Assembly (NCBI GenBank): GCA_030429505.1
Contig: JAUIFI010000001.1
Location: forward strand, 360,001 to 392,000
Direction: 5' to 3'
Origin: Candidatus Saccharimonadota bacterium
Lineage (GTDB): Bacteria; Patescibacteriota; Gracilibacteria; UBA4473
Length of the DNA stretch: 32,000 bases
Both the position numbers and the translations under genes were made by a program. Below are positions 14,955 through 24,261 of the stretch, piece by piece. Positions within the stretch are counted from its first letter, which is position 1. Every line of letters starts with the position of its first letter. Below the pieces are notes generated by a model, which worked only from the letters and a program-made list of their open reading frames with translations, was not told the origin of the DNA and ran no database searches.

Positions 14955-15851
14955 TTATATATCTATTTTCCCACCCAATTCATCACAAATAAAAATCTCA
15001 GGCTCAAGTTCAATTCCATGCTTTTTAGAAACAATATTTTTCCATTTTCGAGCCAACTCCAAAATATCTTTCTGAGTAGCTTTTCCCTCTAGATTTACAA
15101 TAAAATTAGCATGACGATCAGAGATCTGCGCATGACCAATTTGGTCACCCTTGGCTCCTGCTTCATCCAGTAATTTTCCAGCAAAAATCTCTCCAGGTTT
15201 AGGGTTTTTAAAAAAACTTCCCCCTGATCTTCCAGGTGGATATTTTTTCCATCGATCAGTCAATAATTCTTTCGTTTTTCGAAGCGCCGTTGCAGGAACT
15301 TCCGATTTACTTAATCTAAGCGTAGCTCTGACAACACACCAGTCAGGATTTTTCTTAAAAATACTCTCACGATATGAAAATTTACACTCTTCTTGAGAAA
15401 ATTTCTGAAGCGCTCCTTTTTCATCAAAAAATTCCACACTCTCCACAAAATCCCCCGTTTCCAAACCAAAAGCTCCAGCATTTCCACGGATAAAACCACC
15501 AAAATTACCAGGAATCCCACTCAGATTACAAAGATCCCCAAAACCTTGTCTATTCGTTTCCTCCACAAATTGCTGCCAATTTTTTCCAGCGTCAACAGTT
15601 ACCAAACCACCATTCCAGTCAACCAAACCAAATTCCAACACAAACACTCGACCACGAAAACCTTTGTCAGACAAAAGTAAGTTTGATCCTTTTCCAAGAA
15701 GGATTTTAGGAATATTCTTCTCAATCGTTTCCTTCCAGATAGGAAGAAACGCCTCTAAATTTTTTATCTTATAGAACTCATCAGCCTCTCCTCCCACACC
15801 ATAAAAAGTGTGCTTAGCTAAAGATTCATTTTGAAAAATTTCTATATCCAT
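14955..15851 (-). CDS. murB: UDP-N-acetylenolpyruvoylglucosamine reductase
   Basis: 298 aa. FYGVGGEADEF, GKGSNLL and the C-terminal HANFIVN...A...DI..L motifs are typical of MurB. Confidence 0.92.
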   Translation of the reverse strand: MDIEIFQNESLAKHTFYGVGGEADEFYKIKNLEAFLPIWKETIEKNIPKILLGKGSNLLLSDKGFRGRVFVLEFGLVDWNGGLVTVDAGKNWQQFVEETNRQGFGDLCNLSGIPGNFGGFIRGNAGAFGLETGDFVESVEFFDEKGALQKFSQEECKFSYRESIFKKNPDWCVVRATLRLSKSEVPATALRKTKELLTDRWKKYPPGRSGGSFFKNPKPGEIFAGKLLDEAGAKGDQIGHAQISDRHANFIVNLEGKATQKDILELARKWKNIVSKKHGIELEPEIFICDELGGKIDI

Positions 15852-15897
15852 ACCTCCCGACTGTAACGATCAAAAAACAATTTTCAATACAAAAAAC

Positions 15898-15928
15898 TTG
15901 CCTTCTCTCGCAAAAAACATAGTATAAT
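15898..15928 (+). promoter_or_regulatory. Candidate rpsB promoter (TTGCCT-N19-TATAAT)
   Basis: Perfect -10 at 15923-15928. The -35-like element at 15898-15903 sits at a longer than optimal spacing. Confidence 0.45.
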
Positions 15929-15995
15929 CACCGTTGTGAAGCCAATTTGACTCAAAAGCGGCGGGGACACAACACCCTACTAACTACTTTTTCCC

Positions 15996-16658
15996 ATGAC
16001 TACCATCAAAGAACTCTTTCAAAACCTCGTCCACATCGGACACAAAACTGATAAATGGAACCCCAAAGTAAGACCATTTATTCACAGTAAAAAAAACGGA
16101 ACTCATATTATTAACCTCGACAAAACCAAAGAAGCTCTAGAAAAAGTCCAAGCTTTTTTAAAAACTGTAAAAAGTAGAAATGGAAAGGTGCTTTTTGTCG
16201 GTACTAAACCACAAGTATCTCTTCCCCTTCAGGAAACTATGAAAGATACTTCTTTCTTCTATGTAGATCAAAGATGGTCTCCTGGACTACTTACTAATTT
16301 TGACGAAATTCGAAAACGAGCCGACTACTACCTTAACCTCAAACAACAATTTGAATCTGGAGAAATCAATAAATATACAAAAAAAGAAGTCGCTCAATTC
16401 AAAAAAGAACTCGAAAAACTCGACACCGCTTACCATGGTGTAGCTGAAATGCGAAAAAAACCTGATGTCGTTATAGTACTTGATGCTATCGGAAACCATC
16501 TTGCTATCAAAGAAGCAACACTCTCTCATATTCCAGTAATCGCTTTGATAGATACAAACGCAGATCCAGACAACATCGATTTTCCAATCCCAGCCAACGA
16601 TGATTCAGTAAAATCTATTCGCTTTTTACTCAAAAGTATGATACAATGCCTTGAATAG
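15996..16658 (+). CDS. rpsB: 30S ribosomal protein S2
   Basis: MTTIKELFQNLVHIGHKTDKWNPKVRPFIHSKKNGTHIINLDKT matches the S2 N-terminal signature (GxHFGHxxxxWNPKM). Confidence 0.93.
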   Translation: MTTIKELFQNLVHIGHKTDKWNPKVRPFIHSKKNGTHIINLDKTKEALEKVQAFLKTVKSRNGKVLFVGTKPQVSLPLQETMKDTSFFYVDQRWSPGLLTNFDEIRKRADYYLNLKQQFESGEINKYTKKEVAQFKKELEKLDTAYHGVAEMRKKPDVVIVLDAIGNHLAIKEATLSHIPVIALIDTNADPDNIDFPIPANDDSVKSIRFLLKSMIQCLE

Positions 16659-16676
16659 TTTCTAACAAAACAAACT

Positions 16677-17066
16677 ATGGTCGAGGAAAATAAAAATCAA
16701 AACGCTCCTGTTGAAGCAGCAGAAGAAACAAAAAACAAATCAGAAAAAGTGGCAACAGAGGAAACTACCATTGCTACCAAAAGAGAAAAAACACTCGCAG
16801 CACTAGGATATGTCAGTTTTCTTTGTGTTCTTCCATTAGCACTTGAACCAAAGTCAGAATTTTGCCGATTTCATGGAAAACAAGGACTTGTTCTCGTACT
16901 TCTCTTTTTTATTCTATCGTGGATCAGTATTTTTTCTCGTTTCGTAGCTGTGATGCTTTATATTGCTCAAATCATTGTTACCATCATTGCCTTCCTCAAT
17001 GCAGTCAAAGGGAAAACATGGAAAATTCCAATGGTTGCCGATGTAGCAAAAAAATTAGAAATATAA
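16677..17066 (+). CDS. Small membrane protein, DUF4870-like
   Basis: 129 aa. LAALGYVSFLCVLPLALEPKSEFCRFHGKQGLVLVLLFFIL fits the DUF4870 pattern (aromatic/His...H.KQ.L between TM1 and TM2). It sits between rpsB and tsf. Confidence 0.6.
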   Translation: MVEENKNQNAPVEAAEETKNKSEKVATEETTIATKREKTLAALGYVSFLCVLPLALEPKSEFCRFHGKQGLVLVLLFFILSWISIFSRFVAVMLYIAQIIVTIIAFLNAVKGKTWKIPMVADVAKKLEI

Positions 17067-17184
17067 GACCTATTTAAATATACAATACAAAAAAGGTGAA
17101 TGTTTATTCAAACATTTGCCTTTCTTTAAAAATACACCTACAATCAGCCTCGATTTTTTATATTTTTATAATTTACTAATCAAG

Positions 17185-17943
17185 ATGAGCGTTACACCTG
17201 CACAAATCAAAGAACTCAGACAAAGAACCGGCGTAGGCCTCATGGCTTGTCGAAAAGCCTTAGAAGAATCTAGTGGAGACATGGAACAAGCTATTGAACT
17301 CCTCAGAAAAAGAGGCGAAGCCAAAGCCACCTCCAAAGCCTACCGAGACACCGGAGAAGGTCGAGTTTCTATCCACGATTCAGCTATAGTAAAACTTCGT
17401 TGCGAGACAGATTTTGTAGCACGAAATGAGCAATTCATAGCATTTGTCGATGAACTAGCACAAAAATGTAACTCAGAAGGTGTAGACACTACCAAACAAC
17501 ATTTCGAATCCGTAAAAGCTGATAAAATACAATCTATCGGAGAAAACATAGTTCTTGATGGCATAGAGAAACTTGAAGGAAATATCATAGGAGGATATGT
17601 CCATTCCAACGGAAAACTTGGAGCTCTTGTAGTGCTCGAAGGAGGAACTGGAGATCAAGCCAAAGATGTCGCCATGCACGCAGTCGCAATGGATCCTCTG
17701 GTAGCCAATCCTGAAGACGTGGATCAGGATTTAATCAAAAAAGAAAAAGCTATTTACCGAGACCAGCTCGCTCAAGAAGGAAAACCAGAGCAAATCATGG
17801 ACAAAATCATAGAAGGAAAGGTAAAGAAATTCTGTGCTGACAAAGCTCTGACCTCACAACCCTTCGTAAAAGATCCATCTCAAACCGTAGCGGATTATCT
17901 TGGAACGGCTAAAGTCGTACAGTTTGTACGGTATTCAATTTAG
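17185..17943 (+). CDS. tsf: Elongation factor Ts
   Basis: The internal ATG at 17185 gives MSVTPAQIKELRQRTGVGLMACRKALEESSGDMEQAIELLRKRG (UBA-like EF-Ts N-domain), with TDFVARNEQF downstream. The 23 upstream codons in the track ORF are implausible. Confidence 0.92.
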   Translation: MSVTPAQIKELRQRTGVGLMACRKALEESSGDMEQAIELLRKRGEAKATSKAYRDTGEGRVSIHDSAIVKLRCETDFVARNEQFIAFVDELAQKCNSEGVDTTKQHFESVKADKIQSIGENIVLDGIEKLEGNIIGGYVHSNGKLGALVVLEGGTGDQAKDVAMHAVAMDPLVANPEDVDQDLIKKEKAIYRDQLAQEGKPEQIMDKIIEGKVKKFCADKALTSQPFVKDPSQTVADYLGTAKVVQFVRYSI

Positions 17944-18074
17944 TTTTTGACAAAAAATTGTTAAATCCTAATTTATTCTCGTGCTAGAAAATTCAAACTA
18001 TTTTTTTTATGCAAAGAACTAGGTTTGAGATTTTATAGTCGCAAATCTGGTCTTTAACAAAGAGGAAGGCAGTA

Positions 18075-18440
18075 ATGAAAAACTTATCTAACTCAAAGGT
18101 AAGAGTTTCGAAAATTTATTTCGATATTGTGATAAATGGTGACATAAAAAAAATAAAATGTGCTGTAAAACATTTTTCTAATGACCTCCCTACAATTCAA
18201 ACAGTATTGGAATACCTTAATCGCAGAAGGATAAAAAACAAATCAAAGATATCATACATTTCCATAAACATGGAATACAGCAGTAAAGTAAATAAATATT
18301 ATTGTGCACATACGCATATACACAGAAGCTTTCATGTAATATGGGATAGGAAAGAAAAAAAATTAGTACAAGGAAAGCCAAAAAGACCTGGTCCTTTCTG
18401 GGAGAGTACCGTTGGAACTGTAACCAGTCAGCAGTTTTGA
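18075..18440 (+). CDS. Hypothetical basic protein with a Cys/His cluster (121 aa)
   Basis: Strong SD GAGGAAGG 5-6 nt upstream of the ATG. Contains KCAVKH and YYCAHTHIHRSFH. No family recognised. It ends 62 nt upstream of the cysteine desulfurase start. Confidence 0.55.
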   Translation: MKNLSNSKVRVSKIYFDIVINGDIKKIKCAVKHFSNDLPTIQTVLEYLNRRRIKNKSKISYISINMEYSSKVNKYYCAHTHIHRSFHVIWDRKEKKLVQGKPKRPGPFWESTVGTVTSQQF

Positions 18441-18502
18441 GGATAAACAACAAATTTGCCCACAAAGCACAGGGTGTATACAATCGCCCTGCGCTTTTTC
18501 CT

Positions 18503-19660
18503 ATGAATAAAAACATATACCTTGATCACGCGGCAAGCACTGAAACATATCCAGAAGTAATCAACGCTTTGGAAAATTTGGCAAAAGAACACTTTGCAAA
18601 CCCCAGCTCCATTCATACGCTCGGAAGAAAATCTCGAAGTATTATCGATGAAGCTCGAAATACCATTGAAAAGATATTCAACACTACTGCCAAAAACGTC
18701 ATCTTCACCTCCAGTGGCACCGAAAGTATCCATCTAGCCATCATTGGTAGTTATCTAGCTCAAAAAAAACAAGGAAGAACCAAACAAAAAATTCTTATAT
18801 CACCCTTATCACACGCCTGTATCTGGTCAACAATACAGTTTTTATCAGATTATTTTGGAGTACAAACAGAACTCATACCTCTCAACACACAAGGTTTTTT
18901 TGAGACAAAAAAAATGACTCCCGAATGGATCAATCAGTTTGACATTATCATCGCTGAACACGGAAATTCGGAAATAGGGCTCATTCAACCCATAAAAGAA
19001 ATAGGGAGAATATTAGATCAACTAGAGGCAGCAAATAAACAACGGCCGATCTTAATTGCAGATTGCGCTGCATCAATTATCACCGAAGCAGTAAACACAG
19101 AAACACTCAAAGCTGATATTATCACCTTAGCTGGCAGTAAATTTGGGGCACTCAAAGGCACTGGAATCATTATCAAAAAAAATCACATTCCACTGACTCC
19201 AATGATACATGGTTCACAGGAAATGGGCTATCGAGGCGGAACGGAAAATATCTTAGGTATTTTTTCCTTGGGAAAAGCATTAGAAATTCATACAAAAAAA
19301 AGAGAGAAGCTGTGTAAACATTTCTTAAATCTCCATACCTTCCTTCGCCAGTATTTTGAAAAACATTTTCCTGGATGTCATATTACCACACCCACATTAC
19401 ATTTCCTCCCCCATACTTTTCATTTTGTACTACCCAAGGGAAAAGAAGGACATGATTTTGTCATAAAATGCGATTTAGAAGGACTATGCATTTCATCAGG
19501 TTCAGCATGTTCGAGTGGGAGTGTAGGTAGCTCACGAGTCTTAGAAAACCTTGGACTATCAAAAAATGAAGCCAAAAGGGGAGTGAGAATATCTCTTGGA
19601 AGAAATACAACGCTCAAAAATCTCCAAGAAGCTGTAAAAATATTCGATAAATATATCTAA
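18503..19660 (+). CDS. Cysteine desulfurase (class V aminotransferase, NifS/IscS-like)
   Basis: The ATG at 18503 gives MNKNIYLDHAASTETYPEVINALENLAKEHFANPSSIHTLGRKSR. The catalytic loop is SSGSACSSGS and the PLP-lysine region is AGSKFGALKGTG. Confidence 0.88.
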   Translation: MNKNIYLDHAASTETYPEVINALENLAKEHFANPSSIHTLGRKSRSIIDEARNTIEKIFNTTAKNVIFTSSGTESIHLAIIGSYLAQKKQGRTKQKILISPLSHACIWSTIQFLSDYFGVQTELIPLNTQGFFETKKMTPEWINQFDIIIAEHGNSEIGLIQPIKEIGRILDQLEAANKQRPILIADCAASIITEAVNTETLKADIITLAGSKFGALKGTGIIIKKNHIPLTPMIHGSQEMGYRGGTENILGIFSLGKALEIHTKKREKLCKHFLNLHTFLRQYFEKHFPGCHITTPTLHFLPHTFHFVLPKGKEGHDFVIKCDLEGLCISSGSACSSGSVGSSRVLENLGLSKNEAKRGVRISLGRNTTLKNLQEAVKIFDKYI

Positions 19661-19710
19661 TTTTTATAAAAATATATTGATTTAAAGTGTTTATATTAAA
19701 AAATAATATA

Positions 19711-21483
19711 TTAACGATGGAACTTCTTATCCAAATCGGCAAAAGAAAAGAAGACATGGTTTGGCCGTCCATGAGGACAAAGATTCCGCCATTTGGTCTT
19801 CAGAAAATCATCAAGGAGTTGTTGCATCTCTATTTTTTCAAGTTTGTCTCCATACATGACAGCTCCTCGACAGCTTTTGTATTCTAGTACTTTTCGCATC
19901 AATCGATCTATACTGTGTTCTCCCACCTGATTATTTGTAAAATATTCGAGAAGTTCCTGAAAAACACCGTCCAAATCTTCTGCTACCAAGATTTGAGGAA
20001 TTGAATGCACTTCAAGAATCTGATCTTTGGGAAAAGTCACTTCAAAATGAAGTGTATGAAGAAATGTTTTATGCTCGTACAAAAGGGAAACTTCAGCTTC
20101 GCTCAACTCTATTTGATAAGGTGCCAAAAGCTTTTGAATAGTTTGCTTTCGAGCCTTATATTCATTCCAGAACTGCTCAAATCGTTGCCGCTCATGAAGA
20201 GCATGCTGATCAAAAAAAATCACACCTTGCTCACTTTCAGCCACTATATATCGACGTCCTACCTGTCCAACCAAAGTTAAACTCGTAATTTCATCTAATA
20301 TATCTTTTGAAGGATTTTCTTGAGTAATAGACTGGAAAGAAGATGGAGAAAATTGGTATTCTCTAGATTTGTTTTGTTCAGAAAAAGAAGGAAAAAGACG
20401 GGATGAAACCTCCAGAGAATTCGATCGCGAAGGGAGCTTCCGCATTCCATCTTTAGGAAAAGTTACCACAGAAGAAGTATTTAACTCTGATACAGAATGT
20501 TTTTCGAGAGCCGCTATAACACCTCGTTGTACCAAAGAAAAAACTGCCTGAGGCTCAGAAAATTTGACTTCTTGTTTTCGCGGATGGACATTAACATCTA
20601 CCAAAATCGGATCCATCTCCAAAAACAATAAAAATACTGGATGAAGATGTTTTTCAATTCCACAACTCTTCACATAAGCTTCTCTTATAGCATAATTAAG
20701 CTTAAAATCTTGAATAGGACGACCATTCACAAAAATATACTGATGATGCTTTGAACGAATACAATTTCCAGGAGATGACAAAAAACCATAGGCAGTAATC
20801 TCACTATTCTCAATATTTAATGGTATCATGTCACGAAAAAGCTCTTTAAGAACCTGCAATGCACGTGTTTTGGGTTCTGTAACCGATGAATAATCGAGCT
20901 TGTTTACACCATCTTTGATCAATCGAAAACCAATGGAGGGATAAGCTAAGGCTGCATGGAGTATTTCCTTTACGATAGCTCGGTACTCAGTCTCATCAGT
21001 TTTAAGGTAAGCTAATCGAGCCGGAGTCGAAAAAAAGAGATCCGTAATTCGAATACGAGTACCAACATTAGCAGAAACAGGTTCCACAGATTTCTTTTCA
21101 CCTCCTTCTATCACAATTTTCGTTCCAGATGAAGCTTCTTTACTACGAGTAATAAGCTCAAATCGAGACACCGCGGCAATTGCTGCTAAAGCTTCTCCCC
21201 GAAAACCAAAGCTCTGTACAGCAAACAAATCATCAATGATCTGAATTTTGGAAGTCGCATGACGTAAAACACATTTTTCAGCATCTTCCGGAGACATTCC
21301 TATTCCATCATCAATAACTTCAAGAGTTTTTTTTCCTCCCGCCTCTATTCGCACTTCAATATTACGAGCTCCAGCATCAATAGAATTTTCCACGAGTTCC
21401 TTAATCACAGACGCAGGTCTTTCCACAACCTCACCGGCAGCAATCTGGTCAGAAACGTGAGAGGGGAGTACTTGAATCACCAT
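19711..21483 (-). CDS. mutL: DNA mismatch repair protein MutL (endonuclease type)
   Basis: GHKL ATPase N-terminus IQVLPSHVSDQIAAGEVVERPASVIKELVENSIDAGA. The C-terminal domain carries the DQHALHERQRFE (DQHAxxExxxxE) nicking motif. Confidence 0.93.
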   Translation of the reverse strand: MVIQVLPSHVSDQIAAGEVVERPASVIKELVENSIDAGARNIEVRIEAGGKKTLEVIDDGIGMSPEDAEKCVLRHATSKIQIIDDLFAVQSFGFRGEALAAIAAVSRFELITRSKEASSGTKIVIEGGEKKSVEPVSANVGTRIRITDLFFSTPARLAYLKTDETEYRAIVKEILHAALAYPSIGFRLIKDGVNKLDYSSVTEPKTRALQVLKELFRDMIPLNIENSEITAYGFLSSPGNCIRSKHHQYIFVNGRPIQDFKLNYAIREAYVKSCGIEKHLHPVFLLFLEMDPILVDVNVHPRKQEVKFSEPQAVFSLVQRGVIAALEKHSVSELNTSSVVTFPKDGMRKLPSRSNSLEVSSRLFPSFSEQNKSREYQFSPSSFQSITQENPSKDILDEITSLTLVGQVGRRYIVAESEQGVIFFDQHALHERQRFEQFWNEYKARKQTIQKLLAPYQIELSEAEVSLLYEHKTFLHTLHFEVTFPKDQILEVHSIPQILVAEDLDGVFQELLEYFTNNQVGEHSIDRLMRKVLEYKSCRGAVMYGDKLEKIEMQQLLDDFLKTKWRNLCPHGRPNHVFFSFADLDKKFHR

Positions 21484-21532
21484 GATAATTGCATTCTATG
21501 ATGAAAACATAAGATGTAAACTGTTTTTTCCA

Positions 21533-21562
21533 TTCGACATTTCGTGATTTTAAGAGTATAAT
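21533..21562 (+). promoter_or_regulatory. Candidate promoter TTCGAC-N18-TATAAT
   Basis: Perfect -10 at 21557-21562, 23 nt upstream of the ATG at 21586. Confidence 0.45.
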
Positions 21563-21585
21563 GAAGAGATATAGTCTTATAAAAA

Positions 21586-22218
21586 ATGACATTATTTCCC
21601 TCTCATCGCTTTCTTTTTCGAGAAATCCCTTCAGGAACTCCAGAAGATTACCCTCAGATTACTACGGCAAAAATGAGAGAGGAAAAATATGATTATTCAT
21701 ATGTAAATGAAGCAAAGTTTTTTATGATATATGGAAATAATCCTGAAAACATGAAACAAAGACTTGATTACCCAGTAAGAAGGATGATTTTTTACCACTC
21801 TATGCCGAATCTTTCAAACGAAAATTATCAAGAAAAAGACTGGTATATCGCTTCTAATGAGCAAAATAAACAAGTATTTAATTTTGTAGTCAATATCTTA
21901 AAACAAGATGGTCCCAATAAAGCCAAAGAATACATAGAAGACGTAAAGGATTTTATAGAAAAAGCAAAAAATGAATTGGAGAATTATCTTGAAGAATATA
22001 AAAAAGGGAAGAGGGAAAAGGCCGAATACTATATTGGAAAATTCTCACGTGATAAAAATGCCCAAGAAATGGTGCAAATTTTTGTTAATGTATTAGGAGA
22101 AGACATTACCAACCCTATTTTAAAAATATATGGACTCCCTGAATACAAAGTAACACCACTCTCTTCATCGAAAAATAAAAAATACTCTCTAATGGCAAAA
22201 CTGCCAGAAGAAAAATAA
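21586..22218 (+). CDS. Hypothetical protein (210 aa)
   Basis: ATG-initiated ORF with ordinary K/E/N-rich composition and its own candidate promoter. No family recognised. Confidence 0.55.
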   Translation: MTLFPSHRFLFREIPSGTPEDYPQITTAKMREEKYDYSYVNEAKFFMIYGNNPENMKQRLDYPVRRMIFYHSMPNLSNENYQEKDWYIASNEQNKQVFNFVVNILKQDGPNKAKEYIEDVKDFIEKAKNELENYLEEYKKGKREKAEYYIGKFSRDKNAQEMVQIFVNVLGEDITNPILKIYGLPEYKVTPLSSSKNKKYSLMAKLPEEK

Positions 22219-22267
22219 TCTCTTTCAGGCTATTTATCTGTAATTAATTCTGTCATAATAAAACTAA

Positions 22268-22960
22268 ATGAGCACTCTTTTTATGGTTGCCACCCCTATT
22301 GGGAATTTAGGTGACATTACCTTTCGAGCAATTGAAATTCTGAAAAATGTCGACTTTATAATTGCCGAAGATACGAGACACGCTCAAATTTTGCTCAAAA
22401 AGTACAATATCACCACACCTCTATTATCCTTTCATGCCAAAAGTTCTGAAACAAAAGCAAAAGAATTAGCGGAAAAAATACAGAAAGGCAATTCATCCGC
22501 TTATATCTCAGATGCTGGAACGCCTTGTCTTTCTGATCCAGGAATAAAACTAGTACGAGAGGCGAGAAGCAAAGATGTAAAACTCGTCCCAATCCCTGGA
22601 GCATCAGCACTTACAACACTTATATCAATTGTCGGAATTCCCATAACACCTTTTATCTTTCACGGGTTTCTTCCACATAAAAAAGGTCGTCAAACCATCT
22701 TAAAACATTGTAAAGAGAGCGAGAACGTAAATATTTTTTACGAATCAGTTCATCGTTTTCCTCGATTATTAGAAGAACTCAAGCATATAATCGGTCCAGA
22801 TAGACCAATTATTGTCGGAAGAGAACTAACTAAAATGCATGAAGAAGTGTTTCAAGGCACAGTATCAAGGGCACAAGGCTATTTTTCATCACAAAATACA
22901 AAAGGGGAGTTCATAGTATTGATTTCTTCTAAAAAGTATGATACAATAAAAGGATGGTAA
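22268..22960 (+). CDS. rsmI: 16S rRNA (cytidine1402-2'-O)-methyltransferase
   Basis: LFMVATPIGNLGDITFRAIEILKNVDFIIAEDTRH and the tetrapyrrole-methylase fold motifs (SDAGTPCLSDPG) are typical of RsmI. Confidence 0.9.
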   Translation: MSTLFMVATPIGNLGDITFRAIEILKNVDFIIAEDTRHAQILLKKYNITTPLLSFHAKSSETKAKELAEKIQKGNSSAYISDAGTPCLSDPGIKLVREARSKDVKLVPIPGASALTTLISIVGIPITPFIFHGFLPHKKGRQTILKHCKESENVNIFYESVHRFPRLLEELKHIIGPDRPIIVGRELTKMHEEVFQGTVSRAQGYFSSQNTKGEFIVLISSKKYDTIKGW

Positions 22961-23235
22961 AAAATCAAAAAAACGCTTCCAATGCCAAAGATGTGAGAAA
23001 TCAAACTCCAATAGTCTCTGATGGAGCGCTTGCAACAGCTTCTGTTAAAAATTCTGAAATTCTTCCTCCTACCTCTGAAGCACAAGAGAATATAGGAGCT
23101 CTAAAGAAAGAAGTAGATAACTCCGCAGTAAATAATAGACTTGCTTCTCTTGAGGAGGATATTGCAAACAAGCGTAAAAAAGAAGTAACTGATATTTACG
23201 GAAGAAGAATAGAAGACCAAAATAGCACTGCCTAA
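22954..23235 (+). CDS. Hypothetical small protein (93 aa), start overlapping the rsmI stop (ATGGTAA)
   Basis: ORF with polar, low-complexity composition and a predicted coiled-coil stretch (LASLEEDIANKRKKE). It sits 8 nt upstream of the dehydrogenase gene. No family recognised. Confidence 0.4.
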   Translation: MVKNQKNASNAKDVRNQTPIVSDGALATASVKNSEILPPTSEAQENIGALKKEVDNSAVNNRLASLEEDIANKRKKEVTDIYGRRIEDQNSTA

Positions 23236-23243
23236 AACACATC

Positions 23244-24203
23244 ATGAAAAAAACAAACATTGTCTTTCTGGAAGTCGAGCCAGAAGACATTTTTGACGTT
23301 AAAAAAAATTTTCCAGAAGCTCACATAGAAACAAAAGTTTTGAATGAAGAGGAAATCATCAAAAAATATCCAGATGCTGAAATTTTATGTGTCTTTATTT
23401 ATTCCAAGATTTCTAAAAAAGTCATCGATAATCTTTCAAAGCTGAAATGCATAGTAACCAGATCAGTCGGATACGATCATATAGATCTAAAAACTGCTCA
23501 AAAAAAAGGAATTCGAGTCTGCAATGTACCAGATTATGGATCACACGTTATTGCCGAACACGTTTTCGCACTCCTGCTATCATCAATTCGTTGCATCAGA
23601 GAAGGGGATGAACGCGTTGAAAAATGTTATTTTGATTTTCATGGTCTACGAGGAAAATCACTCAAAGGCAAAACTTTGGGCATTATCGGAACAGGGAAAA
23701 TTGGTCGTAATGTCGCTCGTATAGCATCACTTGGCTTTCTCATGGACGTAATCATGTATGATGTCCATCTTGATCCAGAAATCACCCGTGAATATCACTG
23801 TAAATATGTAAAATTAGAAGAAATCTGGAAAAAAAGTGATATAATAAGCCTTCACATACCCTTGCTCGAATCAACAAAGCACATCGTAAACAACAAAACC
23901 ATCCAAAAAATGAAAAATGGAGTCGTTTTGATAAATACTGCTCGAGGTGAACTTATCGAAACAAAAGCTCTTGTTAAAGCCCTTAAATCAGGAAAGATTT
24001 CTCATGTAGCTCTAGACGTCCTAGAACACGAACACAATATTAAAGAATCAAATGAGCTTATTCAGATCCCAAATGTTATTACCACTCCCCACATTGCCTT
24101 TTATGCTGACGAATCCATGAAGAAAATGTATTCCGAAGCCATACAATCAATCCAAGCTTTCTTGAAAGGGCAAGAATGTTCTCACCAAATTCAGGGAACA
24201 TAA
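23244..24203 (+). CDS. D-isomer-specific 2-hydroxyacid dehydrogenase (D-lactate / glycerate dehydrogenase-like)
   Basis: NAD-binding motif GKTLGIIGTGKIGRNVA. The catalytic region is NTARGELIE...ALDVLEHE...TPHIAF. Confidence 0.85.
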   Translation: MKKTNIVFLEVEPEDIFDVKKNFPEAHIETKVLNEEEIIKKYPDAEILCVFIYSKISKKVIDNLSKLKCIVTRSVGYDHIDLKTAQKKGIRVCNVPDYGSHVIAEHVFALLLSSIRCIREGDERVEKCYFDFHGLRGKSLKGKTLGIIGTGKIGRNVARIASLGFLMDVIMYDVHLDPEITREYHCKYVKLEEIWKKSDIISLHIPLLESTKHIVNNKTIQKMKNGVVLINTARGELIETKALVKALKSGKISHVALDVLEHEHNIKESNELIQIPNVITTPHIAFYADESMKKMYSEAIQSIQAFLKGQECSHQIQGT

Positions 24204-24215
24204 ACACACTATAAC

Positions 24216-24245
24216 AATAATACTGAGCTCAGATTATTCTTTTTA
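24216..24245 (+). terminator. Candidate intrinsic terminator after the dehydrogenase gene
   Basis: Hairpin AATAAT-A-CTG AGCT CAG-ATTATT followed by CTTTTT. AT-rich stem with one bulge. Confidence 0.4.
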
Positions 24246-24261
24246 CCGTAAAAATTTCCTC

